A DNA stretch of 35,539 nucleotides from assembly GCA_964609705.1 (NCBI GenBank), contig CAZSTT010000004.1, positions 13,183 to 48,721 of the forward strand. Reading direction: 5' to 3'. Position 1 is the stretch's first letter. Each line of letters begins with the position of its first letter. The notes under the pieces were generated by a model, which was not told the DNA's origin, did no database searches, and saw only the letters and a list, made by a program, of their open reading frames with translations. Shown piece by piece: positions 9,594 through 18,348 of this stretch. A program made the position numbers and the translations under genes. This DNA is from an uncultured Thermodesulfobacteriota bacterium. Lineage in GTDB: Bacteria > Desulfobacterota > RBG-13-43-22.

Positions 9594-10402
9594 TGGGTTT
9601 CACCTCCTTCCGTCTTTCTTTTAAGTTTTCCGGATCGTTCTGCCGCGAACACGGCCGCTCCCAGGGCCCCGACAATTTGCGGGTCTTCGTTTAACGGCAC
9701 AAAGCGGATATCCAGCATCTTTTCCAGGTTTTTGACGACCCCGTTGTTTTTACAGACCCCGCCGGTAATGGTGATGCCCGGTTTAACACCCACCCGGCCT
9801 ACCAGCATTTTAACCCGTCTGGCCATGGATTCGTTGATTCCGGCGGCGATATCCGCCGGCTCTTTATCTTCCATCAGATAATGCATGATTTCCAACTCAG
9901 AAAATATGCTGCATTGACTGGTAATGGTAATCGTCTGACCGGCTTTTTCCGCCAGGGCGGCTAATTCGCTGAAATGAACCCCCAGATATTTAGACATCAG
10001 TTCCAGCGATCGTCCGGTACCGGCGGCACATTTATCATTCATCACAAAATCCTGAAGGACCCCATATTCATCCACTCGTATGACCTTGCAATCCTGACCG
10101 CCGATGTCGATAATGGTCCTAATACCGGAGTCCAGGAAATGAGCCCCCTTGCCGTGACAGGAAATTTCACTGATATTGTGATTGGCGAAGGGTATGGATT
10201 CACGCCCGTATCCAGTGGAGACGGTATAGTCGATATCGTCATAGGTAAGCCGGGTTGAGGCCAGGGCTTTGTCCATTACCTCCCGGGCGGATTGTTCCGC
10301 CTTGGGTCTGACCCGAATAATTTCTGAGGCTACTATTTTTCCATCGTTCAAAATAACCGCTTCGGCCGTCAATGAACCTACATCACATCCGGCGACAATC
10401 AT
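9590..10402 (-). CDS. ATP-dependent electron activase subunit (ASKHA; BzdQ/BcrA/HgdC-like)
   Basis: GCDVGSLT, STGYGR, EISCHGKGA, DIGGQDCK, MNDKCAAGTGR, ITSQCSIF, TGGVCKN and PQIVGALGAA. Confidence 0.9.
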   Translation of the reverse strand: MIVAGCDVGSLTAEAVILNDGKIVASEIIRVRPKAEQSAREVMDKALASTRLTYDDIDYTVSTGYGRESIPFANHNISEISCHGKGAHFLDSGIRTIIDIGGQDCKVIRVDEYGVLQDFVMNDKCAAGTGRSLELMSKYLGVHFSELAALAEKAGQTITITSQCSIFSELEIMHYLMEDKEPADIAAGINESMARRVKMLVGRVGVKPGITITGGVCKNNGVVKNLEKMLDIRFVPLNEDPQIVGALGAAVFAAERSGKLKRKTEGGETH

Positions 10403-10453
10403 TAAATTTTATCTCCCTTTCCTTGGTTCAAAAAATGGGTTATTAACCCTTAA

Positions 10454-10527
10454 GGGCAATAGGCAATAGGCTACAGGTAAAAAAGAATAAAAAAAACAGT
10501 AAAACCTATTGCCCTTGCCGATTGCCC
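10454..10527. repeat. Inverted heptamer (GGCAATA/TATTGCC) arms around an A-rich loop
   Basis: GGGCAATAGGCAATAGGCTACAGG at 10454-10477 and CCTATTGCCCTTGCCGATTGCCC at 10505-10527. Confidence 0.6.
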
Positions 10528-10602
10528 AGAGGTAGACTTGATCGGTTTCAGAGATCAAAAGACAAGGGGATCAATCCCATTTTCTTATTACCAAGTTGAA
10601 CT

Positions 10603-11973
10603 TTAAACGATCGTTTCAAAGAATTCTTCCAGCTGCTCCTTGATAACCTCCATGGGGGTGGTTCGGGAATCCCAACCGTCGGCTTCCATTCTAAGAATAG
10701 GAACACCGAGTTCCTTTTGAATCCGGTCGGCTACTATCCGATAAATACCCCAAACCTGCTTGCAGGCCGTATGGCCGGTAAAAACCACACAGTCGGCCTT
10801 ATATTTTTCCACATAATACAGCAGGTCCGAGATCCATCCCCCGTGGAAATTATTACTTCCTTTCAACTGCCGGGTCATGGGCAGATTCATATTGATGGCC
10901 GCCAGTCCCGAAAGCATGGTATCCATATTGGCGGTGTCGATATAGGGCACATGATCGTTGAAAATAAGCATATCCATAATATAGGAAACGCCCATCTCTT
11001 CCTGAAACCATCCGTAAAAAGAGGTGTCGAAATAAAGACCGGTATACATAAACATAAAGCGGATACGTTCTTCCGGTAATACATGTTTGCCTTTTTTAAA
11101 GCGGTCCAATGATCGGTCATAAGCCATTTGATAAAAATCCACGGCATCCTGGGTTCCCAGTTTGGTCAGTTTTGTGCCTAAGTGGTTCATATTATAATAA
11201 TTTGGAACCGGGTTGGGCACATGACGTTTTAAGTCGCTGATCTCCATGGCCAGTTCATTGGCTTTATTGGACAAGGAACAGACTTCGCGGAGACGGTCTT
11301 CGTCGAGTTTGTTTCCTGAAACATCTTCCAGGATTTTCACGACTTCTTTAAAGCCCTGTTCATAATATTTGAAGGACCTTTTGTCATGGTAATAAGGCAC
11401 ATCAACAAAAAGAGTGGGAATCTCAAATTTTTCTCCCATGTATTCAAAAACCTTCGTGTTCGGATCGCAACCGCCCAAAGCGCCGTTGACTAATAAATCG
11501 GGTTTTCCCAGAACGCCGGCTTCAAGCATGCCGACCACCGCCCGTTGGGCGGAACACATAGTCTCCGGCAGTCCCCGTTCCACGGCCAGATCCAGGTAGG
11601 GGTGAATGCCCTCCTCCAGGGTCATGGTCATGGTATCCAATATTTCGACACCTACGGGGATCATATCCAGGGCGTAAAATATCTCCGGAGAAAAATTAAA
11701 AGGGATAAAGACCACTTTTTTGCCCAGGTCTTTGGCAGTCAGAACGCTTTCCCAATAATTGCCCATGCCCCGATTGAAAACATTGGAAATCATCCGTGTG
11801 TCGGGGTCCTTGGCCATGGTGATAAACATCGATCGCCGGCGTTCGGGTAAACTGTCCAGCAATAATTGGACTTCCGGGGATTCGAAATTTAAATCCTCCG
11901 GGATAACAGAACCCATCCTGAAGGCCTCCACCATTCTTTCCAGTGCCTTTGGTTGTGTCGTCATGGTCATCAC
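10603..11973 (-). CDS. 2-hydroxyacyl-CoA dehydratase / class I aryl-CoA reductase alpha-type subunit (HgdA/BcrB/BzdO-like), copy 1
   Basis: GLPETMCS, GGCDPNTK and HTACKQ cysteines; C-terminal LGVPILRMEADGWDSR...LEEFFE. Confidence 0.88.
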   Translation of the reverse strand: MMTMTTQPKALERMVEAFRMGSVIPEDLNFESPEVQLLLDSLPERRRSMFITMAKDPDTRMISNVFNRGMGNYWESVLTAKDLGKKVVFIPFNFSPEIFYALDMIPVGVEILDTMTMTLEEGIHPYLDLAVERGLPETMCSAQRAVVGMLEAGVLGKPDLLVNGALGGCDPNTKVFEYMGEKFEIPTLFVDVPYYHDKRSFKYYEQGFKEVVKILEDVSGNKLDEDRLREVCSLSNKANELAMEISDLKRHVPNPVPNYYNMNHLGTKLTKLGTQDAVDFYQMAYDRSLDRFKKGKHVLPEERIRFMFMYTGLYFDTSFYGWFQEEMGVSYIMDMLIFNDHVPYIDTANMDTMLSGLAAINMNLPMTRQLKGSNNFHGGWISDLLYYVEKYKADCVVFTGHTACKQVWGIYRIVADRIQKELGVPILRMEADGWDSRTTPMEVIKEQLEEFFETIV

Positions 11974-13097
11974 CCGATCCTTTCCAGAAAAGCCTGCACT
12001 CTGGTCCTTATCCGCCCGGCATCGGCCAGAGGACCGTATTGTCTTTCCAATTCAATGACAGGGATATTATCTTTCTCCAGGTTGGTTTTTAAAAGGGCAT
12101 TATCCGTCCCGTGCTGATCGCAGAACTTGATGTATTCCAAGATGGCCCCATCGGCCCGGCTTCGCTTGATCTGATCCCTGACAAACTCAAGTCTTCGTTT
12201 AAATTCTCCGGCCATTCTGGGACAGGGTTCATGATGGTAATATCTTCGGCACAGGGCCTCAAAAGGCTCCTCAGTTTCATCGGTCAAATTCCAGATGCCC
12301 CTGGCGCCGAAACACAAGGCGTCGGAAACGACAATCGCCCCGAGACTTTCCACATTCTCGATGAACTCCGGATCATCCAGTTCGCTTCCGGCTACGACCA
12401 GCCTGGTTTTGTTGTTTTTTTTCTGAGGCTCGGTGCCGGTCGTCGTTAGAATTTCATTCAAAAGCCGGTTGAAGCTTTCTTTTGGCATCAGATGGGAGGC
12501 GATAGTCAGAGTCAGGGCTTCAGCGCCGGTAAAGGGGGGATTTTCTCCGGTCCTCAGGTCATAGACTTTTCTAAGCAGCCGGCGAGTCTCATTATAAACG
12601 GCTACGGCCTTTTTTAAGTTTTCCGAAGTCACCTTAACGCTAAACCGGGTTTCAAAGGCGGATTTTAATTTTGCAACTTCCTCCTTAAACCATTGATAGC
12701 CGGCTTCGGAAAGGCGATGAGGCACTGGCAGGATATACATAAAGGGAAGGGCCGCGGTTTCATGGGTCGCCCAGTTTTCATAGCACCTCCGGATGTGATC
12801 GCAGCCATTGACAAATATCGCCCCGTCCAAAAAGTCAAATTTCGAATCCAGGGCCGCTTCCAGGCAGCAGCGGGCAAAACTGCAATTGACCCGGGATAAA
12901 TAAGAATCCGCCTTGGACGAATCGGTAACTCCCCGGCCGGTAATCCGGTAGGGCAAAATATCCACCGCATACAGAAGTTCTTCCGGAAGGTAGGTGCAGG
13001 CATAGCCCATGACCTTTTTCCCCTGCGACCTCCAATCCCGGATATAAGGATTATCCAGGGATCTGCAAATTTTTGACAATTCTTCCATGGCCTTCAC
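11970..13097 (-). CDS. 2-hydroxyacyl-CoA dehydratase / class I aryl-CoA reductase beta-type subunit (HgdB/BcrC/BzdN-like), copy 1
   Basis: GYACTYLPEEL, VNCSF, NGCDHIRR, DALCFG, KFCDQH and RIRTRVQAFLE. GTG start at 13097 after an AAGGAGG RBS. Confidence 0.88.
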   Translation of the reverse strand: MKAMEELSKICRSLDNPYIRDWRSQGKKVMGYACTYLPEELLYAVDILPYRITGRGVTDSSKADSYLSRVNCSFARCCLEAALDSKFDFLDGAIFVNGCDHIRRCYENWATHETAALPFMYILPVPHRLSEAGYQWFKEEVAKLKSAFETRFSVKVTSENLKKAVAVYNETRRLLRKVYDLRTGENPPFTGAEALTLTIASHLMPKESFNRLLNEILTTTGTEPQKKNNKTRLVVAGSELDDPEFIENVESLGAIVVSDALCFGARGIWNLTDETEEPFEALCRRYYHHEPCPRMAGEFKRRLEFVRDQIKRSRADGAILEYIKFCDQHGTDNALLKTNLEKDNIPVIELERQYGPLADAGRIRTRVQAFLERIG

Positions 13098-13381
13098 GGT
13101 AATACCTCCTTTTGAAAAGATTGAAGCAGCCCGGCCTCCCGGCATTCAGGGCAGGCCCAGAGTGATAAATCCCATGAATGTTTTCTGACAACACCTCCCC
13201 TGCGGTAATTAAACATTATCAGGGAATTGTCCATTATTTCCAGGGGCAAATACTCTTTGGGGGTACCGATTAAAGTCGAATCGGGATGGGATGGGAGGAA
13301 TCGGGAGAAGATTGGGTTTCGGGTTGAAAAAGACTCGGGGGAACGGCAACCCGCAGTAATTTTTCCGCGTCGGACTTTCAT
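13094..13381 (-). CDS. Small hypothetical protein (95 aa) heading the operon
   Basis: GGAGG lies 8 nt before ATG 13381, and the stop overlaps the GTG of the next gene (GTGA). Contains a CPEC motif. No family recognised. Confidence 0.4.
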   Translation of the reverse strand: MKVRRGKITAGCRSPESFSTRNPIFSRFLPSHPDSTLIGTPKEYLPLEIMDNSLIMFNYRRGGVVRKHSWDLSLWACPECREAGLLQSFQKEVLP

Positions 13382-13605
13382 AAAACAATCCTCCAAAGAT
13401 TATGGAAGAACCATTTTCAGATTTAAGTCCTATATTACTTCTTGCCTTGAACTTTTTTTATTTTTTGGACCTAGCTTACACTCTTTTCAAAAAAAAAGGA
13501 ATTATTATCGAAGGATCATTTGAAATTTTTACGGTAAGAAGGGTAAGTGAGGGCAAGGGGGTTCTTTGGCTTTTCTGCCGAGTTGAAAGGTGACAACTAG
13601 GGATC

Positions 13606-14445
13606 CTATCTCTTGATTTTCCTGGAGGGGGAATGCAAATAGTTTTCATCCCGCATACCTTCAACCACCGGAAGGCCATCCATCTCCGGCGACTGGAAGT
13701 TGAAAAGCACTTCCAGGATAATCATGACGATCCGGTAGGTCACCCCCCAAAGCACTTCCTGGCCTTCTTCATCCTCATGTAGGAATCCGGGAAAATCCTG
13801 AAGGGCTTCCTCTCCATCCACATAAGATTCGAAGCGCATTCGAAAGCGGACATATTTTTCAGGGTTCAATAAATCCTTGATCGGGATGGTGACCACCTTT
13901 TCCACTTCCCGGTTGAGGAAGAATCGTTTCTGATGCCGGACCCAGACCACCATGGGGTAAAGGAATCTTCTGAAGGATTGCAGGGACTGGGGAGGCATGG
14001 GACCGAGAAACTGGGTTCGGAAGGGATTGAGACGCATTTCCTCGGCGCATTCCCTCAGGCCGGTGGCCAGTAGAAGGGCCAGGCGATCGGCTTCCTTTCT
14101 TCTCTGGGTCTTCCATTGCCTCCAGTAAGGCCAGCGGCCCAGGGGGAAAAAGGGCCATCCCAGAAATTTAGCCGCCAGGGAGTCGATATGATGAATTCCT
14201 CCCCCCGGGAAGCAGAGGTCCCCGGCCTGCCTCACCCACTTCGATCGTTTATTGAAGACGAAGCAGAGTTCTTTTTCCTTCCCCGATCCTTTAAGACATT
14301 CACTGAAAAGACAAAGGACCACGGAAGAACCGGCCGAATTGTATAACTGATCCGAATAAAGGCAGGCGTCCCGGTTCCACTTCTCCAGGGTTTCGGTAAC
14401 CTGGTTTACAAATTGTTTGGGGTCCTTGGTTAACAGAGCGCTCAT
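13606..14445 (-). CDS. Nudix hydrolase, CoA pyrophosphatase-like
   Basis: KRS...AGDLCFPGG, ATGLRECAEEM, EVEKVVTIPI and LWGVTYRI are CoAse-type motifs. Confidence 0.8.
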   Translation of the reverse strand: MSALLTKDPKQFVNQVTETLEKWNRDACLYSDQLYNSAGSSVVLCLFSECLKGSGKEKELCFVFNKRSKWVRQAGDLCFPGGGIHHIDSLAAKFLGWPFFPLGRWPYWRQWKTQRRKEADRLALLLATGLRECAEEMRLNPFRTQFLGPMPPQSLQSFRRFLYPMVVWVRHQKRFFLNREVEKVVTIPIKDLLNPEKYVRFRMRFESYVDGEEALQDFPGFLHEDEEGQEVLWGVTYRIVMIILEVLFNFQSPEMDGLPVVEGMRDENYLHSPSRKIKR

Positions 14446-14541
14446 TTTTCCATTTTCTATTGTGATTTTTTTAAACCTGTAATATCTTTTATCAAATATC
14501 GTTTGGTTATGCCAATTTTTTCGACTGAAAGGAAGCGGAAG

Positions 14542-15537
14542 ATGAAACCAGAAGAATGGAACCCTGGAAATATTTTAGGTCTTTCCGGTAATTATTGGGC
14601 GGCCTGTGCTCTTCAGGCCGGGGTCAAATTGGGGGTTTTCAGCCACCTCGGCAACCAGAGCCTTAGCGGTGAGGAAATCGCAGGGCGACTTAAGGGAGAT
14701 TCCCGGGGGGTCACCACCCTGCTTAATGCCTTGACGGCCATGAATCTTTTAACCAAGCAGGAAGGACTTTATGCCAACACCCCCTTCAGTTCCTCCTTCT
14801 TATCCAGGGAATCCCCTCAATATCTTGGCTACATGATCATGCATCATCATCATCTGATGCCCTCCTGGGCGAAGCTGGATGAGGCGGTTATCAGCGGCCG
14901 GCCGATTCGGGGCCGGGCCTCTTTTGAGGACGAGACGGTTCGGGAAAGCTTTCTGATGGGGATGTTCAATATGGCGATGATGCTGGCCCCGCACCTGGCC
15001 TCGGTGATTGATCTTTCCGGGAAAAAGCATCTGCTTGACCTGGGCGGCGGTCCCGGGACCTATGCCATTCATTTCTGTATGAAAAATCCCGGGCTCAAAG
15101 CCTCGGTCTATGATCTCAAAACCACCCGGCCTTTTGCCGAAAAGACCATCGCCCGATTCGGACTGAACGAGAGAATCGTTTTTCAGGACGGCAATTATGT
15201 GCAGGAAGAAATCCGGGGGACCTTCGATGCGGCCTGGCTGTCTCAGATCCTTCACGGCGAGGGCCCGGAGGAGGCTCAGCGGATTATTCAAAAAGCGGTC
15301 TCGGTTCTTGAACCGGGAGGACAAATTTTCGTCCACGAATTCCTGTTAAACAAGACGATGGACGGCCCTCTGCTTCCGGCCCTTTTTTCTTTGAACATGC
15401 TCCTGGGCACGGATCACGGCCAGTCCTATTCGGAGCAGCAGGTCATGGATATGCTGGCTCAGGCCGGGGCTAAGGAAATCCGCCGCCTGCCTCTGCAGAC
15501 CCCCAACGATTCCGGGGTGATTGTGGGGACGGTTTAG
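14542..15537 (+). CDS. SAM-dependent O-methyltransferase (Methyltransf_2 with N-terminal dimerisation HTH)
   Basis: LLDLGGGPGTY SAM motif, FDAAWLSQILH, LEPGGQIFVHEF and FSLNMLLGT. ATG 14542 follows an AAGGAAG RBS. Confidence 0.85.
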   Translation: MKPEEWNPGNILGLSGNYWAACALQAGVKLGVFSHLGNQSLSGEEIAGRLKGDSRGVTTLLNALTAMNLLTKQEGLYANTPFSSSFLSRESPQYLGYMIMHHHHLMPSWAKLDEAVISGRPIRGRASFEDETVRESFLMGMFNMAMMLAPHLASVIDLSGKKHLLDLGGGPGTYAIHFCMKNPGLKASVYDLKTTRPFAEKTIARFGLNERIVFQDGNYVQEEIRGTFDAAWLSQILHGEGPEEAQRIIQKAVSVLEPGGQIFVHEFLLNKTMDGPLLPALFSLNMLLGTDHGQSYSEQQVMDMLAQAGAKEIRRLPLQTPNDSGVIVGTV

Positions 15538-15548
15538 GGGACCGGCCG

Positions 15549-15989
15549 TTATAAAGGGACGGCTTCCTGGAGATACCATTCGATGCGCGACAGGGTCTTG
15601 ATCAGGATGTTTTTCATCTGGGGCCAGCGCAGCGGAGGAAGTTCCAGGATAAAGCTGGCGCATTCCCCGGGGACCAGTTTCCCGGCCAGGAAACCCACCA
15701 GGATAATCACCCCGAAGATGATCAAGGCCCAGGCAATGAAGATCCAGGCCGGGAATCCGGCCAGCATGCCGAAAATGACCGCCAATTGGGCCGAGCAAGG
15801 GACCCCCAAAGCCAACAGCAGGGTGACGATGATTTTATCCCTCCGGGTCTCTAATATTCTGGTGGTCATGGTGGCCATGGTGTCACATCCCAGGCCCAGG
15901 ATCATGGGTAACACGGCTTTGCCGTTAAGCCCCATAATATTGAAAATCCGGTTGCTCATTACCGCCAGTCTGGGTAATTAACCGGAGTT
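15549..15989 (-). pseudogene. feoB: feoB internal fragment (relic)
   Basis: Reads NSG*LPRLAVMSNRIFNIMGLNGKAVLPMILGLGC...GVPCSAQL...FILELPPLRWP...EAVPL*. This matches the FeoB DSGYLPR / gate / PCSA / ELPP regions, with Tyr replaced by TAA at 15978-15980. The GTPase domain and the C-terminus are absent. Confidence 0.8.
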
Positions 15990-16296
15990 TCAATCTTGTT
16001 CTCTAAGAAATTTCCGGTTTTTAATTGTTCCGGCTGGTCCGGTCTTGCTACACCGAACTGATAAAAATCTTATCCCTATCGTCCTTGACTCTGAATGGGG
16101 AGGGAGAACTTCAATGATAAAAGAGGCCTTTCCCTTGCCGTCCGGGTAGGCACCGGATTTCTTTGGGTGAGCGGTGGAGAAGACGGACCTTCACCGGTCA
16201 ATTCCGGTATCAAATTCCACAGGGAAACAAAAAGTTTAAGCATCTCCCTTTGTAGCGGAGGCACAACAAGAGTCAAACGGAGATCTGACCCCTTTT

Positions 16297-17007
16297 TTAA
16301 TCACCCTTCAGCTTGATCACTCGAAAGGCTTCCGCGTATTTCAGGCCGTGTTTTTTGCCGGTATCCGCCGATCGCTGCCGGATCATGGCTTCCAGCCCCC
16401 GGAAGTCGTCGAGTTGGCTGTGATGTTCGGTCAGGGCTTTGATCTTTAAATCCATCGTGCCGGTGATGTCGATCCAGGTATCGACTTGGGATAAATCACG
16501 CACATAAACCCCGTGTACCTCATGGGCCTGGCCTTCTTCAGGCCACAGTAATTCCATTGAAGTACAGGGGAAGATGGCATCGATCGTGGCCAGCGCCGCC
16601 GCCCGGTGATCGGGATGGTTGATGCGGTTGCCCCAGAATACTTGATGCGGATCGCCGCAGAAGACGACTTCGGGCTGGTATTTTCGAATCAGATGGACGA
16701 GTTCCCGCCTCAAGGTCAGGTCGGCCACCAGACGGCTATCGTCGTGGCGAAGGAATTCAATATTGCGCACGCCAAGCACCGTGCAGGCGTTGCGCTGCTC
16801 CTGTTCACGCAAAGCGGCTATGGACTCCGGGGAGTACTTTAAATCGTGGGTGCCGACATTTCCGCTGGTGCAGAGCACAAAAGTGATTTCGCATCCCGCC
16901 CTGGCCCACTTGGCTACCGTGCCGCTGCAGGAGAACTCGGTGTCGTCGGGATGGGCAAAAATCGTCATCGCCGACTTCGGAATCCATTCACTATCAAACT
17001 TGGCCAT
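16297..17007 (-). CDS. PIG-L/LmbE family deacetylase
   Basis: AHPDDTE, TSGNVG, REQEQ, NHPDH, HHSQ and YAEAF motifs. Confidence 0.9.
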   Translation of the reverse strand: MAKFDSEWIPKSAMTIFAHPDDTEFSCSGTVAKWARAGCEITFVLCTSGNVGTHDLKYSPESIAALREQEQRNACTVLGVRNIEFLRHDDSRLVADLTLRRELVHLIRKYQPEVVFCGDPHQVFWGNRINHPDHRAAALATIDAIFPCTSMELLWPEEGQAHEVHGVYVRDLSQVDTWIDITGTMDLKIKALTEHHSQLDDFRGLEAMIRQRSADTGKKHGLKYAEAFRVIKLKGD

Positions 17008-17738
17008 TAGGAATCAATTTCCTCCTTTTTTTCCATTTCCGCCCTTTTTACACTGGGAGGATTCCAGCCGACGACCGAGCCGGATTTAATCTTTGACAAA
17101 TAGGGGGAAAGGGTCGTGCCGGGGAGGGTCCGGACATTATCCTCGATCTTGATAGGACCGATCCCCGTCCCGGCCCCTATGGTGCAATGATTCCCGATTT
17201 CTATCAATCCGAACCGAAATTTCCCCGATCCTTCATAGCCATGGACGGTAAGACGGCTGAAGGCCCCCAATAAAGTGTTTTTACCTATGAAAATAAGTTC
17301 TGGGCGGAAATGATCCAGCCAGACCATCTGCATGATTTCCGTGCCTTTCCCGATATGGACACCCATCCAGCGAAAAAATTTATTTTTACCCGGGGTCCCT
17401 TTCAGGAAAAAGGAAATCCCTGTCAGAAAGAGCAACAGGACCCTTCGGCGAAAGGGAAGGTTGAGGGTCCGCCAATTTATGGCGGTTGGTTCTTCTTGAG
17501 ACCCCAGGCCATAAAGGGTGTAATGCCTGCGCACGGGGAATAAAAACTTTTCCAGATTTTCTTTCCCTTCCCGGGTCTTCGGGTTCAAGGTTTGGACATC
17601 AATCCCCTTCCCCCCGGAGGTTTTACTGATATAGATGGACCGGTTCCGCCTGTCCCCCATTTTGATGGCCCGTTCGATAATCTCGGTGGTGACCATTTTT
17701 ATGACGTCTTCCGGGGTCTTGTTTCGGTATTTTTTCAT
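17007..17738 (-). CDS. Hexapeptide-repeat (left-handed beta-helix) acyltransferase-like protein
   Basis: FRWMGVHIGKG...LDHFRPELIFIGKNTLLG...IEIGNHCTIGAG...IKIEDNV, resembling the YvoF/DapH-related group. Confidence 0.7.
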   Translation of the reverse strand: MKKYRNKTPEDVIKMVTTEIIERAIKMGDRRNRSIYISKTSGGKGIDVQTLNPKTREGKENLEKFLFPVRRHYTLYGLGSQEEPTAINWRTLNLPFRRRVLLLFLTGISFFLKGTPGKNKFFRWMGVHIGKGTEIMQMVWLDHFRPELIFIGKNTLLGAFSRLTVHGYEGSGKFRFGLIEIGNHCTIGAGTGIGPIKIEDNVRTLPGTTLSPYLSKIKSGSVVGWNPPSVKRAEMEKKEEIDS

Positions 17739-17838
17739 TCGGTGTCCCAGTGCCCAATTTCACGAGCGCAGAATATCCTGTGTTGTCGCCGCCTATTAGC
17801 TCTTCTGCCCCTTATCTGGGCGGAAGGAAAATTGTAAT

Positions 17839-17878
17839 AAAAAGGACGGCCCGATTATGGCAAAAAGCCGGGCCGGCC
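17839..17878 (-). terminator. Putative intrinsic terminator after mscL
   Basis: Imperfect GC stem GGCCGGCCCGGCT...AATCGGGCCGTCC followed by TTTTT on the minus strand. Confidence 0.45.
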
Positions 17879-17919
17879 GTTGAAGATTTAAAAAAGATGT
17901 ATTTCTTTAATCCGGCGGT

Positions 17920-18348
17920 CTAAAGCGGAGAGGTACAGTTTGGACATCGGGTGGCTTTGATCGGGATTACGGAAAAACAATGGGGGCAATCTTTAGTGGT
18001 CGGCGCAGCCGGTGCCGGTTCTTTTTTCAGTCTATTGATTTGACGGATCATCATGAAGATGACAAAGGCCACGATTAAAAAATCAATCACGGTATTGATA
18101 AAACTGCCATAATTAATGGTTACTACTCCGGCTTTTTTAGCCTCTTCCAGAGTGGCAAAGGATTGGCTGGAAAGGGAGATAAAAAGTTTGCTGAAATCCA
18201 TCTTACCTAAAAGCAGGCCGATCGGAGGCATCAAAACATCATTGACGAATGAGGTTATAATCTTGCCAAAGGCCGCTCCGATAATGATACCCACGGCCAT
18301 GTCCATCACGTTTCCCTTCATGGCAAATTCTTTAAACTCTTTCCACAT
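17920..18348 (-). CDS. mscL: Large-conductance mechanosensitive channel with C-terminal CxxC-x10-CxxC tail
   Basis: [59 protein letters not shown] and CPHC...CPNC. AGGAGG RBS. Confidence 0.95.
   Translation of the reverse strand: MWKEFKEFAMKGNVMDMAVGIIIGAAFGKIITSFVNDVLMPPIGLLLGKMDFSKLFISLSSQSFATLEEAKKAGVVTINYGSFINTVIDFLIVAFVIFMMIRQINRLKKEPAPAAPTTKDCPHCFSVIPIKATRCPNCTSPL

Noticed and set aside
6329-13097. Naming these genes bzdNOPQ, bcrABCD or hgdABC
   Set aside because: The family is clear but orthology and substrate cannot be fixed without phylogeny. No CoA ligase, dienoyl-CoA hydratase or ring hydrolase is in the window.
16076-16316. Short ORFs on both strands of the feoB-deacetylase spacer
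   Set aside because: No properly spaced RBS or recognisable motif; could not be supported.
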